Of a stretch of 64,000 nt of DNA, positions 51,097 to 61,100 are shown piece after piece (position 1 is the stretch's first letter; every line of letters starts with the position of its first letter). The DNA is from Phoronis australis. Taxonomy: Eukaryota; Animalia; Phoronida. The notes beneath the pieces were generated by a model, which ran no database searches, was not told the origin of the DNA, and saw only the letters and a program-made list of their open reading frames with translations. Position numbers and translations under genes: made by a program. The stretch covers positions 410,576-474,575 of the forward strand of contig NMRA01000082.1 of NCBI GenBank assembly GCA_002633005.1. The letters are read 5' to 3'.

Positions 51097-54000
51097 CTAA
51101 GGCACCATCTTAAATAAAGGATTCCACACGACGGCAATTCCAACTAAAGATGAAATAATGCCAGCGAGACCCTGCGTTCCCGGTGAGGCGTTGATCTTTT
51201 TTAAGCTCGACAATGGCAGAATCAAATCACAGCCATTTTTAATGGTGTCCAAAACGACAGGTTTATTATCCACAAGACATCTCACTACCAGCTGACTAGA
51301 CGTCAATGGCTGACGCGTAATATGCATGTGACCCGCATCTCCATTACTGTAATGGCTTCTCTTTGCTTGCTGACTATGATTGCGGAATGCTTGCCTGAAT
51401 ATGTCAAACAGTTCATAGACGTCTCTGACCAAATTCAAAATCAGCGACACCAGCCAGAACCTGGAGGATAGTTCCGACCATTTCTTGATGTCAGTCTTGA
51501 CCACGCCCACTCTGGCTAGCCATATAATGTGGTCGAACAGTAGATAACAGGCGTTATTCAAATTCGACAGAGCGATGGTCATTCGCCGGACAACGTCCGA
51601 GATATGCATGGCCTTCTGTGCACTATGAAGAGCATCGAGGCTCTTTCCAAACCGAAGCACTAGAACAAAACCAATATGGTGGTTACAAACTCAATACAGC
51701 AACGTAATAAAGTTCTCATGTCACTAAAACGTTTTCACTGGCATAAGGCAGCTTGCTACACTTATTCATTAAACTTGAATGCAGCACTTTATAGGAAGTG
51801 TTTGTGGGAGGGGGGCCCATAACTGCTTAAGCTGCCCCCCGAAAATTCTCCCAAATTCCATTTGGCATTACATGGGTACGAATGTCTGATGGCCAAAATC
51901 CTGGCTAATACTCTGCCCTGTCTTCCCCCCGAACTCAAAGTCCTGGATCTGCCCCTGACCTGTGCCTTGCATTGGTAACAGAAAAGGAACCCTAATATAA
52001 TAAGGAATATTATGAGACCAATATTATGACAGTAAAAGTCCAAACTTGATTTGATGCTAAACAGGGCGAAATACAGGCAGCATGTTTTTGGCCGTATCTG
52101 GGCCTCCTAAATTCATCTAGGACAGACATGTAAAACTAAGTCTTGTGAAAATACCATAAAAAAATCATATGGCATGCCATTCAAGCACACAAGACACTAC
52201 CATACCAACTATGAATTTGTGCGAAACCAAAGTGAATTACAAAGGAATGATGTCTTCCATTACAATACAACAAAGCAGCACTACGACTCTTCACGATTAA
52301 CTTACATTTCCTAGTCGTACTGACTGAAAACTCCACATTTCTCAGTTTTTTAATTAAGTTTGGGTCCTTCTTTAGTTGCTCCAACAACCAATAGGTGAAC
52401 TTGCTACCATATTGCACAACTCTGAAACAAAGTGACAGCACATAGTTATAATCCAAGCACATTAAGAAGCATTGGTACGTGACTACACGAACTGAATGTC
52501 TTCAGTTGCCATGAAATGTGTTTATAATGGAACCATAGATTAAAGACCACACATTCGCAACTCTGACATTTTCTTGAGTACTATCCTAGAGGAAGCACCA
52601 CTCTCCTAAATTATCTATTTCAGATTCCGTTAAGTGTATTGTGACGACACAAAAGCCGACCATGATTAGCAGACGACGTACTTGCCGAAAATAAAACTTG
52701 CTAATTTTGACAAGTGTCGCCACCGATTAGGAGTTTTCACCTCGTCAAAAATACATTCCACACTTTTAATAAAACTATCAATTAAAAAAAGCGCTTACTT
52801 TCTTCATTAGTCCTTTCTACTTCTACCACAAAGTTTAGTTACGAGAATTAAGGTGACTTTGGCGAAGAATTCCAACTCCACTTTTTTGGTCACCGTTAAC
52901 TTTTTTACCATGCGCACGATAACCACAAAATATTTCAACTGAGTTACGTGAGTTAGGCAAAGGCTAGCACGAGACGAGGCGCGTGATGCTGGCGCATGAC
53001 ACTTGCAAAATAGCATTGGAAGGTGTCAGGTGAAATTTGTAAGATTTGTGTCCCTTGGACTTTTTATTCGTCAATATGCATGATTTCACGTAACATCCTC
53101 AAAATGGTACCCCGTAAGAGAAACTCGAGCAAACCGCGACAGATATTCATCGATTTCTTCAAATTATCTTGACTGAATCGTCTCCACACTTATCATGGTA
53201 TGTGTAATTCAAGGTAAAGGCACACCAAATACTCACCAAAGATTGAGACAGTGCAAACCGAGGAATTGTTAGTCTGAATACCACAAAGCCAACGGAGCAT
53301 AAGCTCTCTTTCGAATGCCAAGTGGCGTGTAAGCTTCCCATTGGATGTTGCCGTCAGTTTTTGAGGGAGATAACTCCACAGCATTATAACATTAATTATA
53401 ACTCCATGTGCATATATACATGTTTCATTTGATTTTATTTCCTGTAATTTTAAATTCGTAACCTTTTGTGGGGATGTACTATTGCCCCTAGATGCCGCAG
53501 GCATACAGGTAATATAATTGCCCTCGCTGGTTCCCTACGTGCTTAGCCAGCACGCAGGTATCACGCAATAGCATGCACTTTACCACTGGCTGATGTAACC
53601 TCGGCAGTTATTGATTAGCTTTACAACAACGTGAAAAATGACAGACTGTGAACGATTTTTAGCCTTGTCATGCAAGTGGCGTAGCAGCAACTATTTCGTT
53701 TCTGCAGTGATGTTTAATAACAGCGTGCTTGAAGCACATACATGTACAATAAACACATATCTGGCCAATTTAACCAGTGTGTTATTCATACTGTATGAAT
53801 ACAGGATATTGTCGAAAACAAAAGTCATTAACAGATGAAAGATGCACTCCGAAAAGGCGCAACCACTATTTCTGGGATTCACATTTCTGGAACAACAATT
53901 TTAAGCACCGATTCGTCAGTGCAACAGACATTTACACTTCCTCCATCAGTCATGCCAGTTTGTTTGCGTTAAGCGCTGCCTGTTGAGAATTCGACCAGCC

Positions 54001-57000
54001 AAACAGGAACACCGGTGTAAAAAAATTCCTGAGGAAAACTAAGTGATACCTGCATGCTTTGCTGGTTCCCTGCATGCCGCTAGGTGGGGCGGTAGCCACG
54101 CCAGCACACAGGTATCACTTAAATTTCCTCGGTAAATTTTTTTACACCAGCGTTTCTGATTGGCTAGTCAAATTCTCAACAGGCAGCGCTTTACGCAAAC
54201 AAACTGGCATGACTGATGCACAGAAGTGAAAATGTGGTCTGTTGTACAGACAAATCGGTGATTAAAATTTATGTTCAGGAAATGTGAAGCCAAAACATTG
54301 TGATTGCGCCTTTTCGGAATGCACCTGACAATCTGTCTACTGTCGATGACTTTTGTTTATGAAAATGTGCTGTATTCATACAGTATGAATAACAAACCGG
54401 TTAAAGACCTGGTCTCAAAATGCCCATGTGGTTCTAGTATCCGAACATACTTACTACATAAAATCTTATTTTCGACACCCTTTCTTTATATTCTTTTCCC
54501 CTTTCTTGCCAAAAGCGATTTTTTAACAGTATTTGACCCTTCTCTGTGAGCGTATAATTACCGGTTGTCATCGGTTATTTCCGTACCCACATTTCCGGCT
54601 CATCAGTTCAGGAACTTGTCCTGAACGCCGCCATTTTTTCCCTGTAACTGATTGTGCTATCGCTTGCTCGAAAAGTCTTTATTTTGTTTTATTAATAATA
54701 TCTCGTGATTCGTTTGCATATGTAGCGTATTTATAGTTTGTAGTTAGTGGTTGTTGAATTTTTTTTGAATGTTACACGTACTTATTATGTTAAAATAGCA
54801 TTGGTGTTTAGTTCCTTACGTAGGGCGGTTGAACCTAGGAACCAATATGAGTCGAACCAATTTTTTCCGTTTTGATTTTTTCTCGTTTTGAAAAAGTGCT
54901 TTGCTATCATCAGAAAGGTAGTGCATTCTACTCAGTAAAAATCAAAAAAGAACCAAAATCGGTACAAGCACTGTAAAGTTATTGCAATTTTTGTGGCGAA
55001 ATTAGGGTCACTTTGTTTGGATCGAGTCGGCCATATTGGAGGACAGCAGTATAATTACGAGTTTAAAACTTTGTGTAAATTGTTTTCGCCAACAATTTAC
55101 GGTGAAATTTAGTTAGAAATATCTTTACATACCATTCTGCACGGTTCAACAGTGTTCACCAAATTTCAGCCTCGCACTTGTTACTCATGAAGTGATAAAT
55201 GTACTCACACTTCCCGTTTGGATCATTTCTGGTGGCATCGACAACATGGCGACTTTTGCTGAACTGAAAGGCATGTTCAATCGGCTACTTTGTAATTTGT
55301 GAAGATTTAACGTTGATACATTTTGACAAACGTTGCTACAAAACAGGAACTTTGTTCAATTTTCGTGATTTTTGTGCAAAAATATACGATATATTCGAAT
55401 TACTTTACTGTGAATTTCCCATTCGGGCGATCTTACACTAAGCTAAAAAAATAGTTGAAATAATTTTGAAAGGGTTTTTTGTTTGACTGGCAACTGCAGT
55501 TCAAAGCTTGATGTCACAAAATGATTCAAATTTTTCTAAATTTTAAGTTTCAATTGCTTTCAAGTCATGTTTTGTAACCTATTGCTTCTTAATTCAAGTT
55601 ATCAAGTCAACTATATGAATAATCTTAATTTGAGAAATAAGCTATGTTGGATTGTGAAGCTTCAAGCCTCCAATTCTTGTTCCTTGCAACTTCAAATTTT
55701 TTTTTAATCATGCTAGTCAAATTCTGGTGTAAGAAAACACTATTCGGTCACCATGGCAATAGTTACATGTATGTCCACTTTCATATGGAAACTTTTGCTG
55801 TTGAATAGTGTTTGTAATGCTAAATGTTGTAAAGTATTGTGCATTTTAAGTTACTTATTATGTTAAAAGTTTGAATCATTTTGGGTTAATGAATAAAAAA
55901 TGATAACATTTTGTGTTGGACTTGTCATACTTATGTGCTCAAACGAGCCCCCTATTTGGCGGAGAACTGGAAAAAGGTATGCCTCAGTCACAGAAGCACG
56001 AATTCCGAAAAAAAGTAGAAAATGAAACAATATTGACACTAGAAGATAGGAAGTACCAAAATTTAGTGTCTGCAATTCACAGCTCTGAACATACCCAGTG
56101 AATGTTATAGTAAAAGATAGACATTCCCAAAAATTCCAGCCCCCCATTCTTTTAGGCTTGGTGCGCTCATACAAAGTCTGGGCAAATCTCTATTGAAAGC
56201 CAACAACTTTGCACAGTTCGCCAGAAGTACACAAGTTCTAAATAAACCTCATTTGAACGATCGCTGTGGCCAGCGACCAGTTAGACCTAAGGGTACTACT
56301 AACAAGCTGTACTTTGACGATAGTCTTCACTGGTAGCTGGCACTGAGGCTTGCTAAGGTCTGCCACGGCAGTGTGACACAGGACTAACCAGCCCGTAATT
56401 TCATGCAAGTGTCTGAAACTACCTTTGAATATATGCGGCATTTATGATTTGAACATTTTACTAACATAAAACAGCTTGCAACCGCATGCATTTACCATTC
56501 GCCAGTGTCTGGTCTCGATCTGCACGGGGTCCGATAGGCTGCGGTCCCGAGTCTGGCAAAATAATTTTTGTCAAAAATTATTCGCCACATTTCTTCAGCA
56601 AATTCAATAAAGTAAATTAAGGCGTGATGTCGATTATTTTATCCCCATTTGTAGGCTGGTAACAGGCACTCGTCCATTCACACTGACGGCGTTTTCTTAG
56701 CCTGGGTTCCTGAATGAATTGTACTTGTGGTTCGCGGCAAGTTCAAAATGGCGGTGGTTCTTCGGGTGCGAATTGTGAGTGGCACGTTCATTTAAACTTT
56801 TTTCGAGTATGGATTGTGTATTAATTATGGGGTAGGTACTTCTTGGATCCTTAAAACTTCCTCTAACCATGTAATAAGGGTTAACAACGCGTGCGACCAG
56901 GTCTTTAAATCGGCCAGATATGTGTTTATTGTACATGTATGTGCTTCAAGCACGCGGCTATCAAAACAACACTGCAGAAACAAACTAGTTGCTACGCCGC

Positions 57001-57407
57001 CGCTTGCATGACAAGGCTAAAAATCGTTCACAGTCCACCACTTTTTCACGGTGTTGTAAAGCTAACCAATGACTGCTGAGGTTACATCGACCAATGCTAA
57101 ACCGCGTGCCACTGCGTAATACCTGCGTGCTGGCTGGGCTAACCACGCACGGAACCAGCGAGACCTGCGTGCTGCCTACCACCTAACGGCATGCTGGGAA
57201 CTAGGCAATGACCATCGCCTCGGGCCAACAGAGGCGATGGTCATTGCCTAGCTGGGAACCAGCGAGTGTAAATTTGCCAAGTGGTTTGGCCAGGGGATCG
57301 CGGGATTCGCAAATTACTACAACGCCAACGGTATCAACTCACCTACACAACTTGTCCCGCCCATTAGTTTGAGTATTGAATTTCACCACGGCTTGCATGA
57401 AATCCAT
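51097..57407 (-). CDS. PEX11: Peroxisomal membrane protein PEX11 (alpha/beta type), 3 coding exons, 247 aa
   Basis: Exons 57407-57343 (MDFMQAVVKFNTQTNGRDKLCR), 52421-52306 (VVQYGSKF...STTRK) and 51659-51097 (LLRFGKSL...DHIIWLARVG...RFWLVSLILNLVRD...DTIKNGCDLILPL...GLAGIISSLVGI). GT-AG introns, 744 nt, typical PEX11 motifs. Confidence 0.93.
51805..51957 (-). mobile_element. Second copy of the GGCGGATCCAG MITE in PEX11 intron 2
   Basis: Reverse complement aligns with 27260-27380 (shared aggg-agagtattagccaggattttg-cc-tcagacatt...caaatggaat-t-ggagaatttt). Confidence 0.7.
53546..54058 (+). mobile_element. ~510-bp repeat element (MITE-like) copy 1, with terminal inverted motif CCAGCACGCAGGTATCAC
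   Basis: Begins gccagcacgcaggtatcac and ends gtgatacctgcatgct; alignable along its length with the inverted copy at 54100-57135. Confidence 0.7.
54100..57135 (-). mobile_element. Same repeat, copy 2 (inverted), split by the 2.5-kb TTAA insertion
   Basis: 54100-54404 is the reverse complement of ~53770-54058, and 56905-57135 is the reverse complement of ~53546-53775. Confidence 0.7.
54405..56904. mobile_element. 2.5-kb non-autonomous DNA transposon with TTAA target-site duplication (Kolobok-like AG...CT termini)
   Basis: TTAA(54401-54404)|AGACCTGGTCTCA ... TGCGACCAGGTCT|TTAA(56905-56908), TIR 12/13 identical. Removing it restores the host repeat, matching the empty site in the paralogous copy at ~53760-53790. 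No transposase ORF. Confidence 0.85.
57202..57250. mobile_element. 49-bp perfect hairpin mini-element with 9-bp target-site duplication
   Basis: taggcaatgaccatcgcctc / 9-nt loop / gaggcgatggtcattgccta, flanked on both sides by gctgggaac (57193-57201 and 57251-57259). Confidence 0.7.
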
Positions 57408-57504
57408 AGTTTATCGTAATCCTTGCAGCAGACTGTCAGGTTAATGAATTCCAAGTTAGCCTAAAACATTCAGTCATCAGTCATGTCCTCATCGCTCAAA
57501 GTGC

Positions 57505-57517
57505 GGGGCAAAGGTCA
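57505..57517 (+). promoter_or_regulatory. DR1 nuclear-receptor response element (GGGGCA-A-AGGTCA) in the PEX11/WDR93 bidirectional promoter
   Basis: Exact sequence ggggcaaaggtca, about 100 bp upstream of the PEX11 ATG; matches the DR1 consensus bound by PPAR:RXR, HNF4 and COUP-TF. Confidence 0.55.
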
Positions 57518-58124
57518 CGCCACCAGAAACGGAAACTGCTACTTTAAAAGGACAGCGTGGCTTAGTTTACTTCTTAAATTTAGTTGATTTAACATGAAGG
57601 TGTCCCATATTACTTATAATAAAGATAAATTTAATCGTATAAAATATTAACGGCGACTATTTGGTCAATAAAAGTTAAGTACGTTATGACAAATTTTCTT
57701 TGAGTTTTGTAATGTTTTGTAGACACCCAATCACCAAGTGAATTTGTTGATAAATGGCGGATGGGGCAGCTGACTATTTCTGTCCAGCGGCTTTGACACT
57801 TTGGCTTGCTTTTATAAATTTCAAGAACTCCAGTCTTCGCACGAGAACTCTTCATTTAATTTATGGAATCTAGAAGTGTTTCACGTAATTATATGCGCTT
57901 ACAGACGACTACAAATTGCAAAAAATTAGCTAAATTTTCTTGCAGTCTGCACTGCAGTGACAGCGACCAAGTGCAGCAAAGAACCGATCAGAGCCACGAA
58001 CGATTGTCGATTTAACTATGGCGGTGAATATATCAAGTTAACTTATATTAAAAGTTTGAAGTTCCATAGGAAATTTGAAACGTGGTCAGTAAAAGTATTT
58101 TCAACCATCAAAAAGAATTTAAAC

Positions 58125-61100
58125 ATGCCAATCATCATCAGAAAACAGGAGGTGTCTCCTCCCTCATTCAACCATTACTCGGATGATGAGGACGACTATG
58201 TACAAGATCCGGAACAGATTCGCGATCAACTTCCCCAGCCTTACCGGATGATTGACAAAGTTATGAATCAAGTCCTCGATGAGATATGGGACTTGATTGC
58301 TGACAGAGAGACGAGCCGTATGGCAGATGCTATGAGAGTGAGACCACCCAAGTACCAGTGTGCGATACAGATGCAGGTAATGTAACAAGAACAAGAGCTG
58401 NNNNNNNNNNNNNNNNNNNNNNNNNNNNNNNNNNNNNNNNNNNNNNNNNNNNNNNNNNNNNNNNNNNNNNNNNNNNNNNNNNNNNNNNNNNNNNNNNNNN
58501 NNNNNNNNNNNNNNNNNNNNNNNNNNNNNNNNNNNNNNNNNNNNNNNNNNNNNNNNNNNNNNNNNNNNNNNNNNNNNNNNNNNNNNNNNNNNNNNNNNNN
58601 NNNNNNNNNNNNNNNNNNNNNNNNNNNNNNNNNNNNNNNNNNNNNNNNNNNNNNNNNNNNNNNNNNNNNNNNNNNAACAATATAAGATGAAAAGTTTCTT
58701 TCTTCTTACATGAAATTAAAGCTACACTTTGCCCTGCATGGCGAGATACAAACAAAATTCGGAGTAAGCTTTTTACTTACTCCTAACATTCCTTGCCATT
58801 GTAACATTCTGTCTGTTACCAACAAGAATATCAAAACGATCAGCAAAATGCTCTCGAGGTTATTAGAGATGGTCAACCTTAAAAGTGCAATTTTTTTAAG
58901 TGGTGCATGTACTCAGTACTCATTGCCTGCGACTTGAGTTGATAACGATAATAAAAATGTATCATGGTAAGGAACCAGAGTAGGAGGCCTTGTTGGATTT
59001 TTGTTTTTGCGAGCCCAACAGAGGGAACTGTAGGTTTAAATATGCCATTTGACCACAAATTAAGCCACACCCAATGTGTTCATTTCTATTTGTCTAGATT
59101 GTCAGGTTTAGTTGAATTGGCTTCATTGTGAAATTCGATGCCGCATGCTGTTGTGTAGGCCATAGTAACAGAAACTCAAAATCAACATTTTTACCTCTTG
59201 AAAATTTGGTGATTTGAATAAAACATAGTCTTCAAATGTTTTAGAAATTTAGTGAATGGTGTAAAATAACGACTGCTTTAAACATTTTTGGCAAACTGCC
59301 AAACTTGGGTGCATGATTTGACCAATCAGAAATGAGATTTTATGACCTACAAAATTCCTTGCTGTTACAGGTCCATGGAGATTCCACATGTCTCTGCGAC
59401 AGCAAGGATGGCAGATACGTCTTTGCAGGACTTCCTAATGGTTTGGCAGCAATAGATGTCAGCACTAATCAAGTTGTCTATGTGTGGGAAGAGGCAGGCA
59501 TAGAAATATCCCAGCTGGACTGTGTGCTCATCGGAGTTCAGACATACCTCCTGTCTACTATAGATGACATGGGTAAGATTTTAGACAACATACACTTATA
59601 GGGTTCCCTTATTTTGAGAACCAGTTTAGTTCCTATTTTTCAGCAGAGAAAACTGGTTCTCAAAATGTAGATCTCTGAAACTGACTTCTACCATGCAATC
59701 AACATTGACTTTTTATTCAGCAGATTCAAATTTCTATATTGTTACCATTATAGTTATTGTGGAAATGATAGGTGTCTTATTTGTTTGTGAGCTGTTAAAA
59801 CGTGAACTCTGTCCTTGGAATTTGGATTTCTAGAATACCTATGTGATAATTTTATTCTCGACTGTCTATTCCAGGCATTGCCCGTCTGTTTGCATTTGCC
59901 GGCGAACATATTTATCTGGTCAAGATTGTCAATGAGCAGGAAGGAGGTCAAAAGGTCATTGCATCCAAATGTCAACCTTCTTCTGAAGGCGACTATGTGG
60001 CACTCTTCTTGGAAAGTACGTATAATCATTTCTCACAAATAAGGTGCATCAAATCTGACATGATGTGCTAGTGTCAGGGAGAATAATTGTACATTACTCT
60101 TTGGTGCTGTAATCCTCAGCTTATTCTGCACAAAAAGTAATCGCCAAAGTTGTCATTTTTCCATTTTTTTAAAGGCAGATTTCTTTGCTACAAGTTGTGG
60201 AAATGTTGTAGACTAAAATTATCTTTATTTTTGTAAAAAAATGACAAATTAGAATTTTACTTGTTGGCCATGTGTGCTAAATAATAGAAGAATTATCAAA
60301 TGTTTTGTTGACTGAGTTACTAGAATATGACGACTGGATATTTAAGAATGGTTAGAGGGTGGGCCTCTGCCTATCAAAGCAGCTCATACATAATCCTCTG
60401 TCTTCCAGACATCTGGGTATTGCCCATCGGACTAAATATACCTGAACTGTTCTCTATCAGTGCCACTATTTCTACTGTATGTATTGTTAGTCTAAACATG
60501 TGCCACTTAAGTTAAGTGTCTTATAGCCTGTGAAAGCAAAACATTGTGAGTTCCATTAAAATTATTTGTATAACAGACATTACAAAAATATGTCAGATGA
60601 TTCTTTCTTTGATCATTAATTTTATCTATGCAGTACAAATTAAAGCAAATTTTGTTCGTGGCAATTTGATAAATGCATTTTGGATCATAAATGTAAGACA
60701 CTGGTGAAAAATATGAAAGAGGCATTGTTATAATTAAACTTCAAAGGCAATGTATTTTGACAAGTTTCTTTGTTATGACTAGATCCCCAAAGCAATGAAA
60801 AATGGCTGGAGGTGTACAGAAACCCTCGAGACAACTGGCTTCGTGAACTGGAGGGTATACAAAATCAGTTGTTAAAAGACGCGGCTACCAGGCATGCGTC
60901 ATCCCCACAGCAGGTAATGTAAGACAGTATGGTATTTGAATAAGGAATCCTTCATTCAGGGCTTGGCTTTCATAATGTGTAGGGGGTAATAAAACAGTTA
61001 TCGTCTCAGTCTGGACCATAAAGAACTGCTTTCACCCATCTTTCATATCAATTTCAAAAGGCCTATTGAGTGTGAAGGTCACCAATGATTTGCAACCGCA

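Noticed and set aside
54555-54610. Minus-strand CUGAUGA...GAAA hammerhead-like string
   Set aside because: Stem II closing pair and stem I are missing; likely chance.
58330-58755. ORFs containing long X runs
   Set aside because: Artefacts of the 275-N gap.
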